Translations under genes and position numbers: made by a program
In this document: positions 17,616-27,942 of the stretch, one piece after another
Layout of the letters: each line of letters begins with the position of its first letter
How positions within the stretch are numbered: the stretch's first letter is position 1
Notes under the pieces: generated by a model
Told to the model about the DNA's origin: nothing
Seen by the model: the letters and a program-made list of their open reading frames with translations, nothing else
The model's database searches: none
Assembly (NCBI GenBank): GCA_964345635.1
Contig: CAYFRM010000075.1
Location: 11,531-75,530, forward strand
Source of the DNA: an uncultured Clostridia bacterium
GTDB taxonomy: Bacteria; UBA6262; WVXT01
Length of the DNA stretch: 64,000 bases
Direction of reading: 5' to 3'

Positions 17616-18566
17616 TTGACAATGGCAAGACTTCTGGTCAAAGAACTATTTGCAGAGAAAGGTGCGGATTTGGACTTGCATCTTGTGGCGGGGAAAGAAG
17701 GTTTAGACCGGAAAATAACCAGCTGGGAAATTCATAGTCTGGGACTTGCGCTATCCGGGAAGATGGGTGTTTTACCTCCCGGTCAACTTCAGATTTTAGA
17801 CCGGGAAGAACTCGATTATTTAAGAAAGTTAAATGTGCGGGAGAAGAGTATCGCGCTACGGGGAATCTTTTCCGGGGACGTTCCTTGTTTTATCGTTACC
17901 AGCAATTTTGTTCCTCCTCAAGGATTTGTAAAAATGGCCCGGAAAGCGAAAATACCGATCTTTAAGAGTCGCATATCTTTTTCTACATTTGTGAATCGCC
18001 TTTTGCCTTTTCTGGAAGATAAACTTACAGTCACTGAATCTGTTCCGGGAGTGATGGTCGAAGTTTATGGCCTGGGGATTCTGATATTGGGAGTAACCGG
18101 CATCGGCAAAAGCGAGTGCGCCCTGGAACTTGTCAATAGAGGACATCGATTAATTGCCGGGGAAGTGGTGGGAATTAAACAGCGCCGGAGGAATATTCTC
18201 ATCGGCTTTGCCCGGGAACCGATTCGTTACTATTTGGAAGTTCAGGGACTGGGAATAATAGACGTGGAAAGATTATTTGGAGCAAGCGCGGTAAGGAATT
18301 CAGCAAAGATTGACCTGGTAATTAGACTTGAGGAATGGGACAAAGCCAGGGACTACGAACTGCTCGGTTTCGATGAGAAGCATACGGCGATTCTGCAAGT
18401 CAGTGTTCCGGAACTGGTAATTCCTATTCGGCCGGGGAGAAACATAGCCAGCATCGTTGAAGTGGCAGCGATGAATCAGCGGCTAAGAAGAGAGGGATAT
18501 TCCGCAATTAGTAAACTGGATAGGGAAATAATAAAAATCACGCGGCAAAAAAGAAAAAACAAGTAG
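17616..18566 (+). CDS. hprK: HPr kinase/phosphorylase
   Basis: 316 aa; P-loop 'GVTGIGKSECALELV' and HprK C-terminal motifs. Confidence 0.85.
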   Translation: MTMARLLVKELFAEKGADLDLHLVAGKEGLDRKITSWEIHSLGLALSGKMGVLPPGQLQILDREELDYLRKLNVREKSIALRGIFSGDVPCFIVTSNFVPPQGFVKMARKAKIPIFKSRISFSTFVNRLLPFLEDKLTVTESVPGVMVEVYGLGILILGVTGIGKSECALELVNRGHRLIAGEVVGIKQRRRNILIGFAREPIRYYLEVQGLGIIDVERLFGASAVRNSAKIDLVIRLEEWDKARDYELLGFDEKHTAILQVSVPELVIPIRPGRNIASIVEVAAMNQRLRREGYSAISKLDREIIKITRQKRKNK

Positions 18567-18634
18567 CTCGGGATTTTCTTCGCTCGCTGCACCACAAAGC
18601 TTTGCGTTGGGGAAAGGAAGGGAAATAGAAATAT

Positions 18635-19507
18635 ATGGCCAAGGGTAACTTTGTCATAGTAACCGGGCTTTCGGGAGCAGGGAGAAGTACGGCCCTGAAG
18701 AATCTCGAGGATTTGGGATATTTCTGCGTGGATAATCTACCCACTACGCTGATACCTAAATTTGCCGAAATTTGTTTACAGTTAAAATATAAGATAAAGA
18801 AAGTCGCTTTGGGCATTGACATCAGGGAAGGGGATTTTTTGGACGACCTCTTTGGTTCCTTGGAGGAGCTGGGGAAAATGGGGTTCGTTTATCAGATTCT
18901 TTTCCTGGAAGCCAGTAATTCCGTCCTGGTTAGAAGATATAGTGAAACCCGCAGGAAACATCCTCTGGATACGGAAGGCAGAAGCATGCTGGAAGTTATC
19001 GTCAAGGAGAGGAAGCGACTTATGGGCATAAAAGAACGGGCTGATAAGATTATTGATACTACGGCCCTCACGCCTCAGGAATTCAAACAAGTAATCTTCT
19101 CCAGTTTCAAAGAGGCAGCGAAACCGGATACGATGAGTGTTAGCTTAGTCTCTTTTGGCTATAAGTACGGTATCCCGGTGGACGCCGATCTGGTAATCGA
19201 CACTCGCTTTCTGCCCAATCCCCATTATGTGGAAAGACTGAGACCGTCAACGGGGAACGACCCGGAAGTTACTCGTTTCGTCTTGAAGTCGACCGTTACC
19301 CAGAAGTTTTTGAGAAAATATTTTGGATTATTGAAATTTTTGATACCTTACTATATCAGGGAAGGAAAGTCTTATTTGACCATAGCTGTGGGGTGCACGG
19401 GAGGCCGCCATCGTTCAGTAATTATTGTTAACGAATTAAAGAAATTTCTAAAGAAGAAATATCCCGTTAAGACTCAGTACCGCGATATAGAGAAAGGAAC
19501 AGCTTAA
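18635..19507 (+). CDS. rapZ: RNase adapter protein RapZ (YhbJ)
   Basis: 290 aa; Walker A 'VTGLSGAGRSTAL', C-terminal 'GCTGGRHRSV' RapZ signature. Confidence 0.85.
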   Translation: MAKGNFVIVTGLSGAGRSTALKNLEDLGYFCVDNLPTTLIPKFAEICLQLKYKIKKVALGIDIREGDFLDDLFGSLEELGKMGFVYQILFLEASNSVLVRRYSETRRKHPLDTEGRSMLEVIVKERKRLMGIKERADKIIDTTALTPQEFKQVIFSSFKEAAKPDTMSVSLVSFGYKYGIPVDADLVIDTRFLPNPHYVERLRPSTGNDPEVTRFVLKSTVTQKFLRKYFGLLKFLIPYYIREGKSYLTIAVGCTGGRHRSVIIVNELKKFLKKKYPVKTQYRDIEKGTA

Positions 19508-19521
19508 GAACGGATTGACAG

Positions 19522-19947
19522 ATGATTGGATTCATAATCATGACACACGGCGATTTTGGCCGGCAATTGGTTAAAGCAGCGGAAATTATTTTGGGGGAGC
19601 AAAAGGAAGTATGGGCAATATCGTTGCATGAAAATGACGGGTTGGGTACATTAACCGAAAAAATAGAGAAGATACTGAAGGAGGAAAACAGACGGTCGGA
19701 GGGTAAAATCATTTTCGTAGATATGTTCGGAGGTACGCCAGCAAACGCCAGCCTAAAGTTTGTTAAAGAGGAAAAGATGGAAATCATTAGTGGCGTTAAC
19801 CTGCCGATGTTAATTGCGGGCATAAACTATCGGCAGTCTCTGCCCATTAAAGAATTGGCCGAGCGCATCCGCCAGAAGGGTAAAGAGAGCATTCTCGACG
19901 TAAAACAAAAGTTTGTTAATAAAATTTCAAAGGAGAAAAATAAGTAA
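19522..19947 (+). CDS. PTS mannose/sorbose-family EIIA component
   Basis: 141 aa; 'IIMTHGDFG' with phospho-His of EIIA-Man. Confidence 0.75.
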   Translation: MIGFIIMTHGDFGRQLVKAAEIILGEQKEVWAISLHENDGLGTLTEKIEKILKEENRRSEGKIIFVDMFGGTPANASLKFVKEEKMEIISGVNLPMLIAGINYRQSLPIKELAERIRQKGKESILDVKQKFVNKISKEKNK

Positions 19948-20435
19948 TGGGCGTGGTGCTGGTACGAATTGATGACCGATTGATTCACGGTCAAGTAGTT
20001 GAGAACTGGATGAAATTCCTCAAAATCGATCACGTGGTTGTAGTTAACGATTTTGTTGCCAGTGACCGAATGCAAAGAACTCTGTTTTCAATGGCAGTTC
20101 CAGACCACATTAGGATATCTATTTTGGCTATAGCCGAGGCAAGAAAAGCAATACGGAATGGCCGATTCCAAGAACAGAGGGCGATGCTTCTCCTCGTCTC
20201 ACCCGAGGATGTCCTGAATTTGATCAAGGGAGGAGTTAGAATAAGAGAGGTAAATGTGGGAGGAATGCACTATTCGCCTGAAAAGAAACAGATCCTCAAA
20301 GCCGTATCAGTCGGCAAAAAAGACGTTCGCGCCTTTCAGGAACTGGACAAACTGGGAGTCCGTTTAGAGGCAAGAATGGTTCCCGATGATGAGAAAATTG
20401 ACATAATGAAAATCATCAACAGAGAGAGATGGTAA
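19947..20435 (+). CDS. PTS mannose/sorbose-family EIIB component
   Basis: 162 aa; 'RIDDRLIHGQVV' EIIB-Man active-site His motif. Confidence 0.8.
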   Translation: MGVVLVRIDDRLIHGQVVENWMKFLKIDHVVVVNDFVASDRMQRTLFSMAVPDHIRISILAIAEARKAIRNGRFQEQRAMLLLVSPEDVLNLIKGGVRIREVNVGGMHYSPEKKQILKAVSVGKKDVRAFQELDKLGVRLEARMVPDDEKIDIMKIINRERW

Positions 20436-20472
20436 TTGTGCAAGGCATAGTTTTCGGAAAGGTCTCAGGAAT

Positions 20473-22650
20473 ATGAAGAAAATAAACTTCGTGTTGGGTA
20501 TTCATAACCATCAGCCGGTCGGTAATTTTGCAAACATTTTCGAGGAGGCTTACCAGAAGGCGTACCTTCCCTTTGTGGAAATTTTGACAAAACATCCCGG
20601 CGTAAAAGTCACATTCCATTTTAGCGGGGTCCTTCTGGAGTGGATTGTTAAACATCATCCAGAATTTATTTCCATAATAAAAAACCTCTTACAAACGGAG
20701 CAGATTGAACTTATGACCGGTGGCTACTACGAGCCAATTCTGGCTATGTTATACGATCGTGATGGAATCGGTCAAATATTGAAATTGAACAAATACATCA
20801 AAGATTTATTTGATTACAAACCAAGAGGGATGTGGCTGGCGGAACGTGTCTGGGAGCCGCACCTGGCAAAGTCAATTTCCCAGGCAGGTGTAGAATATAC
20901 TGTCATTGACGACTTGCCTTTCCAGTCCGCCGGGCTTTTTGAGGAAGAACTTTTCGGGTACTACCTCACCGAGGAACAAGGTTATCCGCTGAAAGTTTTT
21001 CCCATTAGTGAAAGGCTGCGATTTCTCATACCTTTCCAACCCGTGGAAGAAGTTATTAAGTATTTTAAATCCCAGGCTACGGAGAAGGAAGAGAGACTGG
21101 CAGTAATGGCTGATGACGGGGAGAAATTTGGCATCTGGCCCGGAACCCATGAGCTGTCGTACGAACAGAATTGGCTGGAACAGTTCTTCAGCGAGCTGGA
21201 GAAAAATAGAAAATGGATTAAAATGTTTACGTTTTCCGAATATATTTCACAGTTTGAACCTAAAGGAAGAATATATCTTCCTACGGGTTCCTATTCCCAG
21301 ATGATGGAATGGGTCTTGCCCACCAAGGCGAGAAAGGAATTCAATGATATCCAGAGAGAAGTGGAAAAATTGCCTCAGAGCGAACGCTATGCAAGGTTTT
21401 TGAAAGGAGGCTTCTGGAGAAACTTCTTTGTGAAGTATGCTGAAAGCAACTTGATGCAGAAGAAGATGCTTCTGGTCAGTAACAAGATTTTTAAGGCAAT
21501 GCAAAACTTGCAAACGTCGCCGGCCGGATCCGGTAAGGAAAATACGAAACTTCCCGATTGGTTGGAAGAAGCGAGGAATGAACTGTGGAAAGGGCAGTGC
21601 AACTGCGCTTACTGGCACGGCGTTTTCGGAGGACTATACTTTCCCCACCTCAGAAGAGCGGCTTATGAACATCTTATTAATGCGGAAAAAGCTGTTGACG
21701 GCAAAGGCCAATCAGGTTCCCAATCTGTGGAAGCGCAAGAGTTAGATTTTGATTTGGATGGAAATCCGGAGCTTTTGGTCAGTACTCCCTTACTCAATGC
21801 TTATTTCAGGCCGTCTGCGGGAGCGTCTCTTTTCGAATTGGATTATAAACCCCGGAACCTGAATCTTTTGACTACTCTGACTCGCAGGAAAGAAGCCTAC
21901 CACGAAGAAATTATTCGTGCCAGTCTTTTTGATTCCCGGGCTAGCGAGGAGAAAAAAGGCGTAAAATCAATTCACAATATGGAAAAAGTAAAGGACAGGA
22001 ACTTGGCAAAATATCTTCACTATGATTGGTACGAGAGGGTATCTTTGGTGGACCATTTCCTGCATCCCGATACGGAGATTTTTGATTTCTCCACTTGCCA
22101 GTACGGGGAACAGGGAGATTTCGTCGACCAACCTTATATGTACAGGATTGAAGCAGGCGGGATAAACTTTGTCAGGGAAGGATTCGTGTGGGTAGGAGAT
22201 TTCCAGCAACCCGTGAAAGTGGAGAAAAAAATAACAGTGTCGGCAGACGCGGGGGAGATTCTCGCTATTTATAAAATTGTCAATAAAGGCGAGAACTCCG
22301 CAGAATTATGGTTTGGCTCTGAATTTAATTTCTCTTTTTCCTCGCCAGAGGATAAAGAATGTTATTACTCGGTCCCCGATAGAAAAGAGAGGAAATATTT
22401 CTCTTCATTTGGAGAAATTTCTGACTTGAAGGAAATCAGTATGCACGATGGGCATTACGGAGTAAACGTGATTTTGCAATTCAACCCCGATTGTCGCTTG
22501 TGGCATTTTCCCATAGAGACAATTTCGGAGGGGGATGCGGCCTACGAGCGTATGTATCAGCAATCGGTTGTATTTCCTCACTGGAAATTGAATTTAAGAT
22601 CAAAAGAAGAACGGACTATAACGTGTAAACTAAAAATCGCAAGTATATAA
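20473..22650 (+). CDS. Glycoside hydrolase family 57 protein (alpha-glucan-active; amylase/4-alpha-glucanotransferase-like)
   Basis: 725 aa; N-terminal 'GIHNHQPVGNF' and 'WLAERVWEP' GH57 signatures. Confidence 0.8.
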   Translation: MKKINFVLGIHNHQPVGNFANIFEEAYQKAYLPFVEILTKHPGVKVTFHFSGVLLEWIVKHHPEFISIIKNLLQTEQIELMTGGYYEPILAMLYDRDGIGQILKLNKYIKDLFDYKPRGMWLAERVWEPHLAKSISQAGVEYTVIDDLPFQSAGLFEEELFGYYLTEEQGYPLKVFPISERLRFLIPFQPVEEVIKYFKSQATEKEERLAVMADDGEKFGIWPGTHELSYEQNWLEQFFSELEKNRKWIKMFTFSEYISQFEPKGRIYLPTGSYSQMMEWVLPTKARKEFNDIQREVEKLPQSERYARFLKGGFWRNFFVKYAESNLMQKKMLLVSNKIFKAMQNLQTSPAGSGKENTKLPDWLEEARNELWKGQCNCAYWHGVFGGLYFPHLRRAAYEHLINAEKAVDGKGQSGSQSVEAQELDFDLDGNPELLVSTPLLNAYFRPSAGASLFELDYKPRNLNLLTTLTRRKEAYHEEIIRASLFDSRASEEKKGVKSIHNMEKVKDRNLAKYLHYDWYERVSLVDHFLHPDTEIFDFSTCQYGEQGDFVDQPYMYRIEAGGINFVREGFVWVGDFQQPVKVEKKITVSADAGEILAIYKIVNKGENSAELWFGSEFNFSFSSPEDKECYYSVPDRKERKYFSSFGEISDLKEISMHDGHYGVNVILQFNPDCRLWHFPIETISEGDAAYERMYQQSVVFPHWKLNLRSKEERTITCKLKIASI

Positions 22651-22699
22651 TTGAGTTTGAGGTGTTTATCCCGATCGATATCGCCTCTGGATCGTCGTA

Positions 22700-23338
22700 A
22701 TGATTGCTGAAATCCTTTTGGTTAGTTTCCTGGGAGGACTGTTAAGTTTGGATGTGAGTGCCTGGGGACAGATAATGGTCTCCCGACCTGTTATTTCAGG
22801 GGCGATCATAGGTTTATTGTTAGGGGATCTCAAGACAGGATTAATAATCGGTGTTCTTTTAGAACTGGTGTGGATCAATGTGATATCGGTGGGCGCAGCC
22901 ATTCCGCCTAATGCGACAATAGTAGCTGTCGCTTGCGCGGCTCTGGTAATCTTAACTGAGAGAACGCTCCCTGTGGGTAATAACTTTCAGGGTTCTTACA
23001 GAATGGTCGTCCTGACCCTGACGATGCCCCTGGGAGAAATTTTTAGAAGAATAGACGTTAAGCAGAGAAAACTGAATGCAAGTTTCGGGCACTATTTGGA
23101 TAGAGAAATCATTAAGGGTAATTTTAGGGCCGTGGAAAAAGTCAACTATTTAAGCTTATTTCTGTTTTTTCTTAAAGGATTAGTTTTCTCTCTGGTCGCA
23201 ATTAGCTTGGGTTTATATATTCTACCTAAACTATTTTCTTGTTTACCGTTTGCCATATTAATAGGTTTGAACTTTGCGTACAGGCTGTTACCGGCTCTGG
23301 GTTTGGCAATAGCTTTCAACACATTCAGGGGTTTGTAG
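22700..23338 (+). CDS. PTS mannose/sorbose-family EIIC component
   Basis: 212 aa polytopic membrane protein with EIIC-Man N-terminal pattern. Confidence 0.7.
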   Translation: MIAEILLVSFLGGLLSLDVSAWGQIMVSRPVISGAIIGLLLGDLKTGLIIGVLLELVWINVISVGAAIPPNATIVAVACAALVILTERTLPVGNNFQGSYRMVVLTLTMPLGEIFRRIDVKQRKLNASFGHYLDREIIKGNFRAVEKVNYLSLFLFFLKGLVFSLVAISLGLYILPKLFSCLPFAILIGLNFAYRLLPALGLAIAFNTFRGL

Positions 23339-23359
23339 ACACTGATTTTGGGATTGTGA

Positions 23360-24139
23360 ATGGGGATGCATAAGCGCATGAGGAATAGAATAATCAACAA
23401 GCTCGACTTATGGCGTCTGTTCTGGCGGTCCTTCTGTCTGCAAGCCGTATGGAATTTCGAGCGGATGCAAAATCTGGGATTTCTTTACATATTGGCACCG
23501 GTTTTGAATAAACTATATCCTGAAAGAGAGAAAAGGATTCAGTCTTACCGGCGACATTTGGAGTTCTTCAATACCCACCCATATTTTGCAAATGTTCTGG
23601 CCGGGATAGTCGCGCGTATGGAGGAAGAGATGGCGGAAGGAGGAGAAGTCAATCCGGAAGAGATTAGCGCAGTAAAAATGAGCATGGGCGGAGCATTGGG
23701 AGGCATTGGCGATTCGCTGTTTTGGGGGGCGTGGCGACCCTTTACTGCACTGATAGCCTGCGTTCTGGTGATTGTATATTTGAGAAGGTGGGAAGGAGCC
23801 TGGCTGGCGCCGGTATTTTTTCTTTTTCTCTATAATTTTTTGCACTTTCATACGCGCATTAAGGGAGTGATGGAAGGTTACGAGAGAAAGACCAAAGTAG
23901 TAAGACTTCTGAAGAAGATGTATTATCTTCGCACAATATGGAGTAGCCATATTATTGGTTTGGCTCTCGTTTTACTTACTGTTTTGGTATTAACGTTTCG
24001 GGACTGGCAAGCGATAGAAAGACTGTACTTTTTGGCATTCTTTCTCTCTATTGTGTTACTGAATCGCTGGCGAATTTCTTCCGCAAAGCTTCTGTATTTG
24101 CTCGTCGGAATTTCCTGTGCGGGAGCTTATATATTTTGA
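23360..24139 (+). CDS. PTS mannose/sorbose-family EIID component
   Basis: 259 aa; 'FWRSFCLQAVWNFERMQNLGFLY' EIID signature. Confidence 0.75.
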   Translation: MGMHKRMRNRIINKLDLWRLFWRSFCLQAVWNFERMQNLGFLYILAPVLNKLYPEREKRIQSYRRHLEFFNTHPYFANVLAGIVARMEEEMAEGGEVNPEEISAVKMSMGGALGGIGDSLFWGAWRPFTALIACVLVIVYLRRWEGAWLAPVFFLFLYNFLHFHTRIKGVMEGYERKTKVVRLLKKMYYLRTIWSSHIIGLALVLLTVLVLTFRDWQAIERLYFLAFFLSIVLLNRWRISSAKLLYLLVGISCAGAYIF

Positions 24140-24154
24140 TATCGGGAAACATAA

Positions 24155-24421
24155 ATGATACAAAAAAATTTTAAGGTCAAGAATAAGTTAGGAATGCACG
24201 CAAGACCTGCGGCACTTCTCGCCCAGACTGTTGCTAAATTCCAATCAAAAGTATCCATAATTAAAAATGGCCAGGAAGTCGAGGGAGATAGTATTTTGGG
24301 AATCATGATGTTAGCGGCAGAGTTCGGCTCCGAGATAACGGTAATTGTTAATGGAAGCGACGAAAAGGAAGCAATAGAAAAAATCGAAGATTTATTTAAG
24401 AAGAAATTTGATGAGGAGTAG
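24155..24421 (+). CDS. ptsH: Phosphocarrier protein HPr
   Basis: 88 aa; 'GMHARPAALL' His15 motif and Ser46 region 'GDSILGIM'. Confidence 0.85.
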   Translation: MIQKNFKVKNKLGMHARPAALLAQTVAKFQSKVSIIKNGQEVEGDSILGIMMLAAEFGSEITVIVNGSDEKEAIEKIEDLFKKKFDEE

Positions 24422-24426
24422 AAATT

Positions 24427-26145
24427 ATGTTAAAGGGAATTGCTGCTTCGCCGGGTATTGTCATCGGGCGAGCTTTCCTTCTGGAAGAAGAGGAATTCTA
24501 TATTTCCAAGAGATCAATTGACCCTGCGGACATAAAACAGGAGATTATTCGCTTTCGCAAAGCAGTTGCCGAGACAAGAGAGGAAATGGACGGAATAAGG
24601 CAGAAGGTTTTGAAACAACTGGGCAAGAGACACGTACGCCTCTTTGATGCCTATCTTCTGATTTTGCAGGATCCTATGCTCCGCAATGACGTGACGAAGA
24701 TGGTTACGGAACAAGGAGTAAATGCCGAATATGCTCTGCAGATGGTAATTGATAAGATAACAAAGACGTTTAATATAATAGACGACGGGTACCTGCGAGA
24801 CCGCGGCCGCGACATTCTGGATGTGGGGAAAAGAGTGCTGAAGCGCCTACTGGGCAGAGAAAGGGAAGAACTGGCCACTCTGGCCTCACCTGTAATTGTA
24901 ATCGCTCATAATCTTACTCCTGCAGACACGATCGCTATGCGCAAAGAGAACGTGATAGGGTTTGCCACGGATATTGGAGGAAGGACTTCGCACACTGCGA
25001 TTATGGCGCAGTCTTTGGAAATTCCTGCTGTGGTCGGTTTGAAAAATGTAACCAAGAAAGTAAAGCCAGGTGACACAATAATCGTAGACGGAATAGAAGG
25101 GATTGTGGTTATCGACCCGGATTCGGTGACGGTGGAAAATTATGAACGGCAAAAGCTAAAATATTCCAATGTGGAAGAAGCGTTGAAAAAGCTGACAGAT
25201 CTTCCCGCAGTTACGTCCGATGAGCACGCGATTGAATTGCAGGCAAACATCGAAGTTCCGGAAGAGATTCCCTCGGTTCACGCTCATGGAGCAACAGGAA
25301 TCGGGTTATTCCGCACCGAGTATATCTATTTAAATCGAGTCGACCTGCCTCCGGAAGAAGAGCAATATCAACAATATGTCTCTGTCGCGCAAAAAATGAT
25401 GCCCTATCCGGTAATAATCAGAACGATGGATCTGGGAGCAGATAGATTTGTGGGCGAATTTGGCATTTCTCCCGAGCGAAATCCGTTTATGGGTTTGCGG
25501 GCAATTCGGCTCTGCTTCCGATATCCCCATGTGTTTAAGACTCAATTGAGAGCCATTCTTCGCGCCTCAGCGGAAGGGAATTTGAAGATAATGTATCCTA
25601 TGATATGTTGCGTGGAAGAATTGAGACACGCCAATGAGCTGCTGAAAGAAGTGAAGAATGAGCTAAGAGAAGAAAAAATATCTTTCGACGAAAATATAGA
25701 AGTAGGGGTAATGATTGAGACTCCTTCTTCTGCCTTGATTGCGGATATTTTGGCCCAGGAAGCAGATTTCCTGAGCATTGGAACAAACGATTTAATACAA
25801 TATACCCTGGCCGTAGACCGCGTTAACGAAAATGTCACTCACCTTTATAGACCGTTGCATTTATCCATTTTGCGCCTGGTCAAAAGAATAATAGATGCCG
25901 GACATCAAGCCGGCAAGCGCGTGGGAATGTGCGGGGAAATGGCTGCCGACCCTTCTTTCACCAAGATTCTCCTGGGCATGGGTCTTGATGAATTCAGTAT
26001 GTCTCCGTTATCCATCCCCAAAATTAAGAAAATCGTGCGCGCCACGAACCTGACCGCAGCCCGGGAACTAGCCAATCAGGTTTTAGCTGCTTCAAAACAG
26101 GAAGAAATAGACAAAATCATAGGGAAATTCCAAACCCTACCATAA
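24427..26145 (+). CDS. ptsI: Phosphoenolpyruvate-protein phosphotransferase (PTS enzyme I)
   Basis: 572 aa; 'GGRTSHTAIMA' phospho-His motif, PEP-utilizing domain 'GLFRTEY'. Confidence 0.9.
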   Translation: MLKGIAASPGIVIGRAFLLEEEEFYISKRSIDPADIKQEIIRFRKAVAETREEMDGIRQKVLKQLGKRHVRLFDAYLLILQDPMLRNDVTKMVTEQGVNAEYALQMVIDKITKTFNIIDDGYLRDRGRDILDVGKRVLKRLLGREREELATLASPVIVIAHNLTPADTIAMRKENVIGFATDIGGRTSHTAIMAQSLEIPAVVGLKNVTKKVKPGDTIIVDGIEGIVVIDPDSVTVENYERQKLKYSNVEEALKKLTDLPAVTSDEHAIELQANIEVPEEIPSVHAHGATGIGLFRTEYIYLNRVDLPPEEEQYQQYVSVAQKMMPYPVIIRTMDLGADRFVGEFGISPERNPFMGLRAIRLCFRYPHVFKTQLRAILRASAEGNLKIMYPMICCVEELRHANELLKEVKNELREEKISFDENIEVGVMIETPSSALIADILAQEADFLSIGTNDLIQYTLAVDRVNENVTHLYRPLHLSILRLVKRIIDAGHQAGKRVGMCGEMAADPSFTKILLGMGLDEFSMSPLSIPKIKKIVRATNLTAARELANQVLAASKQEEIDKIIGKFQTLP

Positions 26146-26212
26146 TTTCTCCAATGTAGGGGTTTGATTTATCGAACCCGACTGCAGCGAGCAGTAAGGA
26201 ATTAATGCCGAG

Positions 26213-27229
26213 ATGAGCGAAATGTTTAGATATCTGGAAGATTTTCCAGTTCAATGCGAACAGGCAGTCCAAATTGCCAGGAAATTTCCCGTTGATGTAA
26301 AAAGATACGATTCCATCCAACAGGTAGTGGTCTGTGGAATGGGAGGCTCGGCGGCAGGTGGCGACCTGTTGAAGTCCTATCTAGAGGGAGAAGCAGCTAT
26401 TCCCATTGAAGTTAACAGGGATTATCTCCTTCCGCAGTATGCGGGAAAGAGAACCTTGGTATTCGCCATCAGCTATTCCGGTAATACGGAAGAGACCCTA
26501 TCCGCCTATCAGGATGCTCTTTCTCGCTCGGCAAAGATTATAGCTATTACCAGCGGGGGAAAGTTAAAAGAACTGTGTGAGAAGGACGGCATTGATGTAA
26601 TCGAAATCGTAAAAGGCATGCCGCCACGGGCAACTTTTGGGTATCTATTTTTTCCCATGGTTACCCTGCTGGAAAGATTGGGATTGATTGACTCTAAAGA
26701 AAAAGAGATTAAAGAGACAATTCAGAATTTGAGAATGCTGTGTAAGCAATATAACCCTGAGAGTAAAACCAATTTAGCAAAGGATATATCAGAGACAATA
26801 AAAGGGCATCTTCTTCTCATATATGCTCCCCGGCATCTGGCTGCCTGTGCTGTTCGCTGGAAGAACCAATTAAATGAGAATAGCAAGGTTATGGCTTTCT
26901 TCAGCCTCTTGCCGGAAATGAACCATAATGAGATTGAAGTCTGGGCCAGTAGTAGCGAATTTACTAAGAAATTCTACTTGATTTTTTTGAGAGATAATGC
27001 GGAAAACGAAAGAATTAAAAGTAGAATATTGATTACAGAAGGTATTCTTAAAGACAAAGTAGCAGGCATCCAGCACGTGAGTTCCAGCGGGGAATCTCTC
27101 CTATCTCGTTTGCATTCTTTGATATATCTTGGTGATTGGGTGAGCACCTATTTAGCTTTAACCAACTCCATAGACCCCATTCCCACCCCCATGATTAACT
27201 TACTGAAAAAACAGCTCTCCCAGGCGTAA
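26213..27229 (+). CDS. Bifunctional phosphoglucose/phosphomannose isomerase (archaeal-type SIS-domain PGI/PMI)
   Basis: 338 aa; 'VVVCGMGGSAAGGDLL' and 'AISYSGNTEET' SIS motifs. Confidence 0.7.
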   Translation: MSEMFRYLEDFPVQCEQAVQIARKFPVDVKRYDSIQQVVVCGMGGSAAGGDLLKSYLEGEAAIPIEVNRDYLLPQYAGKRTLVFAISYSGNTEETLSAYQDALSRSAKIIAITSGGKLKELCEKDGIDVIEIVKGMPPRATFGYLFFPMVTLLERLGLIDSKEKEIKETIQNLRMLCKQYNPESKTNLAKDISETIKGHLLLIYAPRHLAACAVRWKNQLNENSKVMAFFSLLPEMNHNEIEVWASSSEFTKKFYLIFLRDNAENERIKSRILITEGILKDKVAGIQHVSSSGESLLSRLHSLIYLGDWVSTYLALTNSIDPIPTPMINLLKKQLSQA

Positions 27230-27248
27230 TATTCAGCCACATTTTTCC

Positions 27249-27277
27249 CTTGACAATTATCAATTTTTATGATATCT
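27249..27277 (+). promoter_or_regulatory. Candidate promoter (TTGACA-17-TATCTT) upstream of HIT/rpsU/mpg
   Basis: Consensus -35 with 17-nt spacer in 114-nt gap; followed by a perfect 18-nt palindrome at 27305-27322. Confidence 0.35.
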
Positions 27278-27343
27278 TAAAAGTTTGATATTTAGACTAT
27301 GTTCTGCCTTAATTTTAAGGCAAAACAAAGGTCCGGGAGAGAA

Positions 27344-27688
27344 ATGGAAGGGTGTCTTTTTTGTGACATCGTAAGCAAGAAAATCCCGGCAAGTGTCGTT
27401 TATGAGAATGACCGGGTAATAGCCTTCAGGGACATTAATCCCCAGGCCCCGGTGCACCTTTTGATCGTGCCTAAAAAGCACATTCCCACAATCCTAGACT
27501 TAAAGTCAGAAGATAAGGATCTAATAGGAGAAATCTACCTGGTTGCCCAAGAATTGGCTTCCCGGGAGAGTATCGCGCAATGTGGCTTCCGTATTATAGC
27601 AAACTGCAACGCCGATGCCGGCCAGGCAGTGTTCCACGTACATTTCCACTTGCTGGGGGGTCGAAAATTGGGCTGGCCTCCGGGCTGA
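27344..27688 (+). CDS. HIT-family hydrolase (Hint-like)
   Basis: Start at 'MEGCLFCDIV'; histidine triad 'HVHFHLL'. Confidence 0.75.
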   Translation: MEGCLFCDIVSKKIPASVVYENDRVIAFRDINPQAPVHLLIVPKKHIPTILDLKSEDKDLIGEIYLVAQELASRESIAQCGFRIIANCNADAGQAVFHVHFHLLGGRKLGWPPG

Positions 27689-27726
27689 AACCTAACGAGA
27701 CCGATTCACGTAAGGGGTGAAAACAT

Positions 27727-27942
27727 GTGACCGAAGTAAAAGTCAGAGAAGATGAATCTATAGACGCGGCTTTACGGCGATTTAAGCGCGAATGCGAAAG
27801 AGCGGGGCTTATGACGGAAATAAAAAGAAGGGAATATTATGAAAGTCCCAGCGTTCGCAGAAAGAGAAAAGCCGCCGAGGCAAAAAGGAAACAGAGGAGA
27901 AGGCAGCTAAAGCTTTTGAATCGTTTAAAAAGAAAAAGATAA
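27727..27942 (+). CDS. rpsU: 30S ribosomal protein S21
   Basis: GTG start; 71 aa '[30 protein letters not shown]' bS21 signature. Confidence 0.85.
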   Translation: MTEVKVREDESIDAALRRFKRECERAGLMTEIKRREYYESPSVRRKRKAAEAKRKQRRRQLKLLNRLKRKR

